In this document: positions 41,526 to 50,649 of the stretch, piece after piece | Layout: each line of letters begins with the position of its first letter | Numbering within the stretch: position 1 is the stretch's first letter | Origin: an uncultured Planctomycetaceae bacterium | GTDB taxonomy: Bacteria; Planctomycetota; Planctomycetia; Planctomycetales; Planctomycetaceae | DNA: 64,000 bases | NCBI GenBank assembly: GCA_963815195.1 | Contig: CAWFGE010000012.1 | Coordinates: forward strand, 288,001 to 352,000 | Reading direction: 5' to 3' | Notes under the pieces: generated by a model | What the model saw: the letters and a program-made list of their open reading frames with translations, nothing else | The model's database searches: none | What the model was told of the DNA's origin: nothing | Position numbers and translations under genes: made by a program

Positions 41526-42323
41526 CTAATTCCGGCGTTGGATCGCCCGTTGCAGCGTTTTGCGTTTGGCCTGGCGGAAGACGCGGAGCAGGCTCGACGC
41601 GTCGCGGTATCGCTTTCGCGGGGAGACTTCCAGGGCCTTTTTGAGCACGGCCACCATGTCGGGATGCACCCGCTGCCGAAGCCTGCGGTAGCCTTCGGGC
41701 GGCCAGTCGAACGGCCATTCCGGGAGATGCCCGGTGAGCATGCGGTAAATCACCAGCCCCAGCGAAAACACGTCCGACCGCATCGAGGGCTTGCCCATCG
41801 CCTGTTCGGGGGCCATGTAGCCCACCGTGCCGGAACCGGAGCCTTTCACCGTGTTCAGGGCGACGCGGGCGATGCCGAAGTCCGACAGCCGCACGCGGTT
41901 GTCGGGGAACAGGATAAAATTTTCGGGCTTGATGTCGCAGTGGATGATCCGCTGCCGATGGGCGTAGGCGACCGCGTCGATCATCTGCTCGGCGAGGTCC
42001 AGAATCGTGTGCAGCGACATTCGGCTCCGCATGCGGTCGGCCAGGGATTTTTCGCCCAAGGGGAACACGATCACGAAGTGATTCTCGATGAAACTCGCGT
42101 TTTTCAGGGGCAGAATGTTCTGGTGCTCGAGCTTGGCGGTCATGCGGACCTCCTTGCGGAAGTCGTCGATCAGCTCCTTGGAGACCACGCTGGCGTGCGG
42201 GATTTTCAGAGCCACGCGGATGCCTTCGATCGTGTCCATCGCGCGGAAAACCGCCCCGAACCCGCCTGTGGCGAGTCGGCGTTCGATGCGGTATTTCCCC
42301 AGCTTTTGACGCGATTTTAGCAC
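41526..42323 (-). CDS. Stand-alone Ser/Thr protein kinase
   Basis: GGFGAV, ALK, HCDIKPEN, DFG, GTVGYMAPE and DVFSLG. Confidence 0.93.
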   Translation of the reverse strand: MLKSRQKLGKYRIERRLATGGFGAVFRAMDTIEGIRVALKIPHASVVSKELIDDFRKEVRMTAKLEHQNILPLKNASFIENHFVIVFPLGEKSLADRMRSRMSLHTILDLAEQMIDAVAYAHRQRIIHCDIKPENFILFPDNRVRLSDFGIARVALNTVKGSGSGTVGYMAPEQAMGKPSMRSDVFSLGLVIYRMLTGHLPEWPFDWPPEGYRRLRQRVHPDMVAVLKKALEVSPRKRYRDASSLLRVFRQAKRKTLQRAIQRRN

Positions 42324-42765
42324 CCGGATGCATCCTCAGAACGTGTGAGCTATCAAATTATAAGGGCAGGGAGCAACCGGAAAGAAGCAGCAATCCGCCG
42401 CGAACAGAGAGATTCTCAAGGAAAGTCGCGGATTGTTCGTCGTCCGTAGTCTGCGGTGCGCTGCCCGTTGTCATTTGCGTGTGGAAAAGTCGAAATGCAT
42501 GGTTCCCCGTTGCCCGTTTGTGGCCTGTGCGGCCTTTGCTCCTGTCACACTGTCACACCACAATTACATTTATCGGCTGAATCGGTTAATCTGACTCGTA
42601 CGGACTTCCTTTTTTACGGGCGCGGGCAAAGAATTCGGGGGGGCAATCTGCGATGAGTTTGTCGCGTGCGCCAACCGGTCCGGCGGCGTGGTCGAGCGAC
42701 ATTTCCCGGGCGGCGCAGAACCGCTTCGCTATGAACCTCCAAAAAATCTGACCGAAATCGACAAC

Positions 42766-43677
42766 ATGTCTCCCGAAACCGACCAACCCGACAAAGCACA
42801 ACCGCCCGACCGCCTGGTGCGGCTCCAGAAGTTCCTGGCCGCGGCCGGCTTGGGATCGCGCCGGCATTGCGAGGATTACATCCGCGACGGCCGGGTGACC
42901 ATCGACGGCGAGACGGCGACCGATCTGGGCGTCCGCGTGGACCCGCGCGAGCAGGTGGTCCAAGTGGACGGCGAACGCATCAAGCCCCAGAAAAAACGGT
43001 ATTACCTCTTAAACAAGCCGCCGGGCTACGTGTGCACCAACAGCGATCCCCAGGGCCGGCCGCGGGCGATCGATCTGGTCCCGCAGGATGACACCCGCCT
43101 GTTCACGGTGGGCCGATTGGACGAGAGCAGCCGGGGTTTGATCCTGATCACCAACGACGGCGAGCTCGCCCACCGCATGGCCCATCCGCGGTTTTCGATC
43201 CCCCGCCGGTATCAAGTCCAGGTCGCGGGCAAACCGACGGCCGAAGTCCTTAAGCAGCTCCGCGAGGGCATCTACTTCACCGATGGGAAATTTTACGTGA
43301 CCCAGGTGCACATCGTCCGCACGCAGGGCAAAAGCACGGTGCTGGAGATCGAACTCCATCAAGGCCGAAATCGCGAACTCCGCCGGCTGCTCGCCCGCGT
43401 GGGCCACAAAGTGATGAGCCTGGAACGCGTCACCTTCGGCCCCTTGAAACTCGGCCGCTTGAGCCTGGGCAAATACCGCCAGTTACGCGACACCGAACTG
43501 ACGGAACTCCGCGAACTCGACCAAAAATCCGCCACCGCCAAAAAATCCCCCGGCCGCCGACCCGCCAAAGGCAAACCCCGCTCCAACAAAAAACCGGCAA
43601 GCCGGCCCGGCAAGCCCAAGAAACCCGCTTCCCGAAATCCGAAGCAAACCCGCTCCCCCAAACCCCGCCGGAAGTAA
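42766..43677 (+). CDS. S4-domain RNA pseudouridine synthase (RsuA/RluB family)
   Basis: [24 protein letters not shown] and GRNRELRR; Lys/Arg-rich tail. Confidence 0.92.
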   Translation: MSPETDQPDKAQPPDRLVRLQKFLAAAGLGSRRHCEDYIRDGRVTIDGETATDLGVRVDPREQVVQVDGERIKPQKKRYYLLNKPPGYVCTNSDPQGRPRAIDLVPQDDTRLFTVGRLDESSRGLILITNDGELAHRMAHPRFSIPRRYQVQVAGKPTAEVLKQLREGIYFTDGKFYVTQVHIVRTQGKSTVLEIELHQGRNRELRRLLARVGHKVMSLERVTFGPLKLGRLSLGKYRQLRDTELTELRELDQKSATAKKSPGRRPAKGKPRSNKKPASRPGKPKKPASRNPKQTRSPKPRRK

Positions 43678-43701
43678 TCGATAGTATACGAGGACCTGGT
43701 C

Positions 43702-44298
43702 ATGCAACGCCCATTGCTGATTGCGATTCTCTGCGGAGCGATCCCCCTTGCCCTGGGTCTTGCAATTTTTCTCGTCTGGGTGTTCGCGCGGCAGGAATGG
43801 TTGATGGTCGCCGGACTTTGCAACATTGGCTGCGGTTTGGTGATGTTCTTCGTCGGCGTCTTTTGCCTCGCGTATTACTGGAACAGGGCATCGCTGATCC
43901 CCGATTATTCGCGGCAACGCCGACATTGGAGCACACTGGCCTGCGCTGGGCTTTTACTACTGAATTTCCCAGTGGCCGGCGGATTGATCGCAGCCGCAGT
44001 CAGAATTGAAACGCGGTACACCGTCGTCATTGAGAATGAAACGCAGCACACCCTTACCAATGTTCGCATATTTGGCGGCGGAGTGGATGAAACGATTGAT
44101 CCCGTTCCACCTCAAGGGCGCATTAAGCGACACCTCTGGTTTCAAACGGACGGCGAACTCAAGTTTCAAGCCACAGTGGATACGACGATTCTTCGTGAAA
44201 AGGTGGATGGATATGTGACAGGCAGCCAAGGAGGGACCGCTCGCGTGACGATTCATCCCGACAAGACCATCACTGTGAGCAGGGATCTCTACGACTGA
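43702..44298 (+). CDS. Hypothetical membrane protein (3 TM plus soluble beta domain)
   Basis: GAGG RBS, hydrophobic segments. Confidence 0.6.
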   Translation: MQRPLLIAILCGAIPLALGLAIFLVWVFARQEWLMVAGLCNIGCGLVMFFVGVFCLAYYWNRASLIPDYSRQRRHWSTLACAGLLLLNFPVAGGLIAAAVRIETRYTVVIENETQHTLTNVRIFGGGVDETIDPVPPQGRIKRHLWFQTDGELKFQATVDTTILREKVDGYVTGSQGGTARVTIHPDKTITVSRDLYD

Positions 44299-44384
44299 CC
44301 CGATCGGAACCTTTCGTTCTCACAAACCCTTTCTTTGCGGCCCTTTGCGTTTTTTCTTTGCACCTTTGCGTTAAATGCCTTTCC

Positions 44385-45767
44385 TCAAAACTGCAAATCC
44401 AGCACCATCTGCTTGACCGCGGTCATCGGGATTTCGTCGCGTTCAATCTTTCGCGATGAGGAAATGAACACCGGGGCTTCGCTCGCTTCTTTCCCCGGCG
44501 TCGGCAGGCGGCCGTGGGTGCCTTGGACGAGCCTGGCATCCAGCGAGATCACGTCCATGTAATATCTGAAACCCATCAGCTTCTGGGCGAGTCGGCGGGC
44601 GATGCGGAGCTTGGGGAATTTGAGCTGGGGATCGATGAATAGCTCCACCGGGTCGTAGCCGGGCTTGCGGTGGATGTCCACGGTGCGGGCGTAATCCGGG
44701 GCCAGGTCGTCCTCCAGCCAGAAGTAATAGGTGAACCACGCCCCCGGCGCCGCGACCGCGACCAGCTCGCCGGAGCGCTGGTGATCCAACCCAACCTCGC
44801 GTTTGCCGGCTTCATCCAGCACCCGCTCGATGCCGGGCGTTTTTTCCAATCGCTGTTTCACGGCGGGAACGTCTTTCGCCTCCCGGACGTAAACGTGGGC
44901 GACTTGATGATCCGCCACCGCGAACGCCCGCGAGGCTCCTGCGTCCAAAGTCTCCCAGCCCAACGGCTCCAACCGCACCGTGAGAAACCCCGCTTCCCGC
45001 AGCACGCGGTTGATGTGCACCGGCAATGTGGCTTGGGTAATGCCGTACTCGGAAACCACCACGACCTCGGCACCGCCCGCGCGGGCCGCTTCGATCAGTT
45101 TCCCCGCCTCGGCATCGACCTGGCGAATGTCCTCGGCAATCCGCGGATCGCCCGGCCCCAAACGCTGGAGGTTGTAATCCAAGTGCGGCAGATAGACCAA
45201 AAGCAAACTCGGCTGATATTCCTGGAACACATCGACGCTGGCCTCGGCGATCCAGCGGGAACTCGAAATGTCCGCCCCCGGCCCCCAGAATTTGAGGAGC
45301 GGAAAAACGCCGTATTTCTCCTGCAGCCGATGCCGAAGTTCCGGCGGGTTACTGTAGGAATCGAAAACCTTCCGCCCGTCCGCCGGGTAGCTCGGCCGGG
45401 GCGTGACGGACCATTCCACGTCGGCATACATGTTGTACCACCAAAACATCTGCGCGGTGGTGTAGCCGGGATCCCGCGACCGACCGGCTTGCCACAGCCG
45501 CTCGCCGCGCACCAGATGATTCGATTGCCGCCAAAACAGAACCTCGGCCAGATCGCGAAAATACCAGCCGTTGGCGACGATCCCATGCTCCCGCGGTAAA
45601 GCCCCGGTGAGCATCGTCGTCTGGGCCGAGCAGGTCACCGCCGGCAGCACCGTGCCCATCGGCCGCGCGAAGCCCTCATCGGCCAACCGCTGGAGATGCG
45701 GCGTATCAGGCCCGAGCATATCCTGGGTCAAGCCCACGACGTTAATCAGCACCACGGGTTTCGGCAT
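44385..45767 (-). CDS. Alkaline-phosphatase-superfamily nucleotide pyrophosphatase/phosphodiesterase (EboF-like)
   Basis: INVVGLT, PAVTCSAQ, YLPHLDYNLQR, SEYGI, VDIHRKPGYDP and GTHG. Confidence 0.88.
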   Translation of the reverse strand: MPKPVVLINVVGLTQDMLGPDTPHLQRLADEGFARPMGTVLPAVTCSAQTTMLTGALPREHGIVANGWYFRDLAEVLFWRQSNHLVRGERLWQAGRSRDPGYTTAQMFWWYNMYADVEWSVTPRPSYPADGRKVFDSYSNPPELRHRLQEKYGVFPLLKFWGPGADISSSRWIAEASVDVFQEYQPSLLLVYLPHLDYNLQRLGPGDPRIAEDIRQVDAEAGKLIEAARAGGAEVVVVSEYGITQATLPVHINRVLREAGFLTVRLEPLGWETLDAGASRAFAVADHQVAHVYVREAKDVPAVKQRLEKTPGIERVLDEAGKREVGLDHQRSGELVAVAAPGAWFTYYFWLEDDLAPDYARTVDIHRKPGYDPVELFIDPQLKFPKLRIARRLAQKLMGFRYYMDVISLDARLVQGTHGRLPTPGKEASEAPVFISSSRKIERDEIPMTAVKQMVLDLQF

Positions 45768-45876
45768 CTGTTTCCAACTCAATCCAAACACGCTCTCGGC
45801 AACAAAGCCGCAGTCTATCGGTCCCGCGGAAGGCGATCAATAAACGTGTGCGTTTCAGAAAAATAGGCAGGCACTG

Positions 45877-45955
45877 GGGTGGCACGCCCTGAGGAGCGAA
45901 GGGCGTGGTCTTTGCGATCGCCACGCCCTTCGCCACGCTCAGAGATGTGCCACTC
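45877..45955. repeat. REP-like element (GGGTGGCACGCCC family)
   Basis: Nested palindromes GAAGGGCGTGG...CCACGCCCTTC and GTGGCAC...GTGCCAC. Confidence 0.75.
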
Positions 45956-46068
45956 AATCCGATCAACAAACCCCGCCCGATGGGTTGCACTCGTTCCGCC
46001 GTCTCGCCAAGATGAATCGAAACCATCCGCCTTCTTCCAATTCAACCATCCTCCGAGGGGATTTGAAG

Positions 46069-47667
46069 ATGATGAAAACACGCGCATCGAGTCTCACGAC
46101 GATGTTTCCGCGTCTCGTGGTTCTATTGACCATCAGCGCGGCAACATTTTTTTGTTGCACAGAGAGTAGCATGGCGGCGGATGCCAGTCGGCCTAATATT
46201 TTGTTCATTTTTACCGATGACCACGCCGCGCATGCGATGAGCTGTTATGGCTCGAAGATCAACAAAACCCCCAACCTGGACCGCATCGCCAACGAGGGCA
46301 TGTTGTTTAAGAACTGCTTCGCCACCAATTCGCTCTGCGGACCGAGCCGGGCGGTGATTCAGACCGGCAAATACAGCCACTTGAACGGCTTTCTCCAAAA
46401 CGGAAACAAGTTCGACAACACGCAGCAGACCTTCCCCAAGCTGCTCCAGAAAACCGGCTACCAGACCGCCATTGTCGGCAAATGGCACCTCGCCACCACG
46501 CCCACGGGGTTCGATTATTCCGAAGTCCTCATCGGCCAGGGGCCTTACTACAATCCGCCGATGCTCAAAAACGGCGAGCGGACGAAGCACACGGGCTACA
46601 CCACGAACATCCTCACCGACCTGGCTTTGGATTGGCTCAAAAACCAGCGCGACCAGTCGAAGCCGTTTATGTTGATGTACCAACACAAAGCCCCGCACCG
46701 CAACTGGCAGCCCGGACCGGGGTATCTCAGTCTGTACGATGATGTAGAGATTCCCGAGCCGGACAATTTGTTCGACGACTATAAAACCCGAGGCACCGCG
46801 GCCCATACGCAGCAGATGGAGGTCGCGAGGCATCTGAACGACAACGATCTGAAGCTCAAGCCGCCGGGAAACTTGACGAAAGAACAACTCGCCGCCTGGA
46901 ACGCGGCCTATGAGCCAAAAAACGAAGCTTTCCGCAAGGCGAACCTCAAGGGCAAAGACCTGGTGCATTGGAAATACCAGCGGTATATGAAAGACTATCT
47001 CCGCTGCGTGGCCGCGGTGGATGACAACGTGGGCCGCGTGCTGGACTATTTGGATGAGACGGGTCTCGCCAAGAACACGTTGGTGATGTACTCCTCCGAT
47101 CAAGGTTTCTTTCTGGGCGATCATGGCTGGTTCGACAAGCGGTTCATGTATGAAGAATCGGCCCGCATGCCGCTGTTGGCCCGCTGGCCCGGCGTCATCA
47201 AGCCCGGTTCGGTCAATGACGACCTCGTCTCCAACCTCGATTATGCGGAAACGTTTTTGGACGCTGCGGGCGTCGAGGTTCCCGGCGATATGCAAGGCCG
47301 GAGCCTCGTGCCGCTGTTCAAAGGCCACACGCCGGACGATTGGCGGAAAAGCTTTTACTATCACTACTATGAATACCCGGGAGCACATAGCGTCCGCAGA
47401 CACTTTGGCGTCCGCACGGACCGCTATAAGCTGATCAACTTTTATAACTTGGGCGAATGGGAACTCTATGATCTCAAGTCCGATCCGCGGGAAATGAATA
47501 ACATCGTCGATGCGGAGAGTTCGCAGAAAATCGTCGCGGAGCTGAAGAAGGAACTCGAAGTGCTCAGAAAGCAATATCAAGTTCCCGAAGAAGATCCGGA
47601 CAAGGGCCGGCGAAACCGTCAAGGAAGAAACCGCGGCGCGGGCGCCCAGAAAGGCAACGCGAAATAG
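46069..47667 (+). CDS. Secreted formylglycine-dependent sulfatase (N-acetylglucosamine-6-sulfatase-like)
   Basis: [17 protein letters not shown] (CxPxR), GKWHL, HKAPH and SDQG..LGDHG..DKR. Confidence 0.93.
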   Translation: MMKTRASSLTTMFPRLVVLLTISAATFFCCTESSMAADASRPNILFIFTDDHAAHAMSCYGSKINKTPNLDRIANEGMLFKNCFATNSLCGPSRAVIQTGKYSHLNGFLQNGNKFDNTQQTFPKLLQKTGYQTAIVGKWHLATTPTGFDYSEVLIGQGPYYNPPMLKNGERTKHTGYTTNILTDLALDWLKNQRDQSKPFMLMYQHKAPHRNWQPGPGYLSLYDDVEIPEPDNLFDDYKTRGTAAHTQQMEVARHLNDNDLKLKPPGNLTKEQLAAWNAAYEPKNEAFRKANLKGKDLVHWKYQRYMKDYLRCVAAVDDNVGRVLDYLDETGLAKNTLVMYSSDQGFFLGDHGWFDKRFMYEESARMPLLARWPGVIKPGSVNDDLVSNLDYAETFLDAAGVEVPGDMQGRSLVPLFKGHTPDDWRKSFYYHYYEYPGAHSVRRHFGVRTDRYKLINFYNLGEWELYDLKSDPREMNNIVDAESSQKIVAELKKELEVLRKQYQVPEEDPDKGRRNRQGRNRGAGAQKGNAK

Positions 47668-47694
47668 ATGTGGAGCGAACGCGTTTCATTCACT

Positions 47695-47727
47695 TCCCGG
47701 TTTCCAGCGAAGCCGGGATTTCTTTTT
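47695..47727 (+). terminator. Rho-independent terminator after the sulfatase
   Basis: TCCCGGTTT-ccagcg-AAGCCGGGA stem followed by TTTCTTTTT. Confidence 0.65.
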
Positions 47728-47827
47728 GTGTTCGTAAAGAAAACCACGAAGACAACTCGGACGAGAGATGTCAATTTCGTGTCGTGAATCCATTTCTTAA
47801 TCTTAATCTTAATCTTAATCTCTAAAC

Positions 47828-48955
47828 ATGTGGTTCTTCGTCCTGGCTTGTGTTGTCCCTGCGTGCGTGGTCTCGGCCATTAGTACCGCGATCATGCGGC
47901 GATTGGCGCCGCGGTGGGGGTTGATCGACCAGCCCGCGGCCAGAAAGGTGCACCGCGAACCGACGCCGTTGGGCGGGGGCGTGGGAATCTGGGCGGGGGT
48001 CGTGCTGCCGATCGCCGGGGCTCAAGTGTTTGCCTATTATGCGATACACGATGAGTCTTTACTCAAACTGGTCTCGCTGCCCGAATCGATCACGGTGCAT
48101 TTGGAGGGTGTCTTATACCGGTCGGGGCAGTTGTGGGCGATCCTCGGCTGCGGGACGTTGCTCGCGATCATGGGTTTATTGGATGATCGAAAAAACTTGC
48201 CTTGGTGGCCGCGGTTATTGGTTCAATTCCTCGTCGCGGTGTTTCTCGTAGTCGGGATGAACGTGCATGCCACGGTGTTTACACCCATCCCGGCCGTGGG
48301 ATATGCGATGAGTATTTTGTGGTATCTGGTACTCATCAATTCCTTTAACTTTCTAGACAACATGGACGGCTTGAGTTCGGGGATCGCCTTGATCTCGGCA
48401 GTGTTGTTCGCGGTGGTGATGCTGACCGGAACGAGCGAACCGCGCTGGCTTGTCGGTGGGGCGTTACTAGTGTTGGCAGGTTCGCTGTCGGGGTTTTTGT
48501 TTTTTCACAACTGGCCGCCGGCGCGGATTTTTATGGGAGACTCGGGAAGCTATTTCATCGGCTTGTTGCTCGCCTCGTTCACAATGCTGGGAACCTATTA
48601 TGAACACTCCGATGCCGAGGCGAGCCGGCATGTGATCTTGGCGCCGCTGTGTATTCTCGCGGTTCCGCTTTATGATATTAGTTCCGTGATTCTCATTCGC
48701 CTCCTGCAAGGGCGAAGCCCGTTTCATCCCGATAAAAGCCATTTTTCGCACCGCCTGGTGGAACTCGGCCTCAAACCTTCAAGAGCGGTGCTGACCATTT
48801 ACCTGGCCACGTTAACCACGGGGTTGGGAGGCTTGTTGCTTTATCGCGTTTCGAATTGGACGGGGGCGCTGCTTGTGGTCTTGCTCGTGGGTTGCGTCCT
48901 GGCGATCATCGGGATTCTGGAAACCGCCGGCCGGCGCGTTGTGGAACGGCCTTAA
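47828..48955 (+). CDS. MraY/WecA family glycosyltransferase (GT4 polyprenyl-phosphate GlcNAc-1-P transferase-like)
   Basis: PTPLGGG, GLLDD, NSFNFLDNMDGL, FMGDSG and D..HFSHRL. Confidence 0.92.
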   Translation: MWFFVLACVVPACVVSAISTAIMRRLAPRWGLIDQPAARKVHREPTPLGGGVGIWAGVVLPIAGAQVFAYYAIHDESLLKLVSLPESITVHLEGVLYRSGQLWAILGCGTLLAIMGLLDDRKNLPWWPRLLVQFLVAVFLVVGMNVHATVFTPIPAVGYAMSILWYLVLINSFNFLDNMDGLSSGIALISAVLFAVVMLTGTSEPRWLVGGALLVLAGSLSGFLFFHNWPPARIFMGDSGSYFIGLLLASFTMLGTYYEHSDAEASRHVILAPLCILAVPLYDISSVILIRLLQGRSPFHPDKSHFSHRLVELGLKPSRAVLTIYLATLTTGLGGLLLYRVSNWTGALLVVLLVGCVLAIIGILETAGRRVVERP

Positions 48956-49029
48956 CCGGCGTGGCGGCGGCATCTTGTCGCCGTCGATTAAGCTCGGCCG
49001 CTGAAGCTGGCGCTACGAAATCCAATCCG

Positions 49030-50400
49030 CTACGGCTTGGGCAGGCGGATGTCCACGCTTGCGCTATGGGCGGTGAGGCCTTCTTTGCCGGCCATCAGGC
49101 GGATGTCGTCGGCGTGGAAGCGGAGGGCGGCTTCGTTGTAGCTGATGACCGAAGACCGCTTCAGAAAGTCGTTCGCGCACAGGCCGTTGGCGAACCGCGC
49201 GGTGCCGCCGGTGGGCAGGACGTGCGAAGGGCCGGCGATGTAATCCCCGCAGGCGACCGGGGTGTGATGCCCCAAAAAGATCGCCCCGGCGTTCTGGATT
49301 TTCTCGAGCATCGCTTCGGGGTCGGCGGTCGAGATGTGCAGGTGCTCGGGGGCCAGGAGGTCTGTGAGGCGGGCGGCTTCCTCGGCATCGGGGGCGAGGA
49401 TCAATGCTCCGTATTGTTCCAGCGAGACGCGGGCCAGGTCGCCGCGAGGAAGCTCGGCCAACTGGCGGTCGAGTTCTTTTTGCACGGCTTCGATCAAAGG
49501 AGCATGCCAGGTGATCAACACGCCGCTGCCGGGACTGTGCTCGGCCTGGGAGATCAAATCCGCGGCCACATAGTCCGGGCGGGCGGTTTCATCGGCAAGC
49601 ACGACGACTTCGCTGGGTCCGGCGATGCTGTCGATGTCCACTTCGCCGTAAACCATCCGCTTGGCGAGAGCCACAAATAGATTCCCGGGCCCGACGATCT
49701 TGTCAACGCGCTCGATGCCTTCGACTCCATAAGCCAAGGCCGCGACGGCTTGCGCCCCGCCGATGCGGTACACTTCGCGGATGCCCAGTTCGTGGCAGAC
49801 GGCGAGGAGGTCGGCGTTGTAGCTGCCGAACTTCGTGGGTGGAGCGACGACGACAATCTGTGAAACTCCGGCCGCCTGCGCGGGGACGGCGGTCATCAAC
49901 AGGGTGGACGGATACGCCGCGGCCCCGCCGGGCACGCAAATCCCGACGCGTTTGAGCGGGACATACCGCTGCCGAAGCTCGACCCGCCCGCCTTTGTGTT
50001 CGCGGGTCAGACGAAACTCGGTGTTTAGAAGCCCCTTTTGAAAATCCCAAATGTTCTGGCGGATTCGGCGAATGGTTTCTAAAAACTTCGGGTCGGCGAG
50101 GCGGTGGGCCTCTTCCATCTCGGCGGGGGAGACGCAAATCGTTTCGGGTGTGAGCAGGACATCGTCCAGCTTCTGCGTATAGCCCACGACCGCGCCCAAG
50201 CCGTTTTCCGCGACGGCCCGGCAGATTTGGCCGACGACCTGCTGCGGGGTGAGGGCTTCGCCGAAGAGTTCCAGCGTCCGCTTTCGCCCCGCTTCGGACA
50301 CCACATCCCCGCGCGGGCTGAGCTTTTCGCGAAGCTCCGCGAGCAACTCCTCGGCATCGTCGCGGCCGCAATCAATCACCGAAATCGAACAGGCATCCAT
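49030..50400 (-). CDS. hisD: Histidinol dehydrogenase
   Basis: VPGG.AAYPST, GGAQAVAALAYG, GPGN, IDSIAGPSE, SQAEH, APEHL and GPSHVLPT. Confidence 0.97.
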   Translation of the reverse strand: MDACSISVIDCGRDDAEELLAELREKLSPRGDVVSEAGRKRTLELFGEALTPQQVVGQICRAVAENGLGAVVGYTQKLDDVLLTPETICVSPAEMEEAHRLADPKFLETIRRIRQNIWDFQKGLLNTEFRLTREHKGGRVELRQRYVPLKRVGICVPGGAAAYPSTLLMTAVPAQAAGVSQIVVVAPPTKFGSYNADLLAVCHELGIREVYRIGGAQAVAALAYGVEGIERVDKIVGPGNLFVALAKRMVYGEVDIDSIAGPSEVVVLADETARPDYVAADLISQAEHSPGSGVLITWHAPLIEAVQKELDRQLAELPRGDLARVSLEQYGALILAPDAEEAARLTDLLAPEHLHISTADPEAMLEKIQNAGAIFLGHHTPVACGDYIAGPSHVLPTGGTARFANGLCANDFLKRSSVISYNEAALRFHADDIRLMAGKEGLTAHSASVDIRLPKP

Positions 50401-50649
50401 TGGTCAATCCGAAGTCCGAATCTCGAAATCCGAAACAAATTCCAAACCGAAACGGCCGAAACCCGGTGAATCGTAGCCGTTGGTTTGGCGAACGGGTTTG
50501 TTTTCGTCCATGTTAAGTTCCCGAACCGTCCCGGTAAAGCACGGCCGAAGGATGGGAACTTCGGGGGAATTATGCTGCGGAGCCCTGGGGGTTTGATTAC
50601 AATCAGTGAGTCTGCAAAATCGCTGCAATTTGCACGGAACCGAGCCGAC

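Noticed and set aside
42330..42765. Riboswitch or ncRNA in the kinase-synthase intergenic region (CAATCCGC...GCGGATTG pairing)
   Set aside because: No recognisable family consensus; an Infernal search would be needed.
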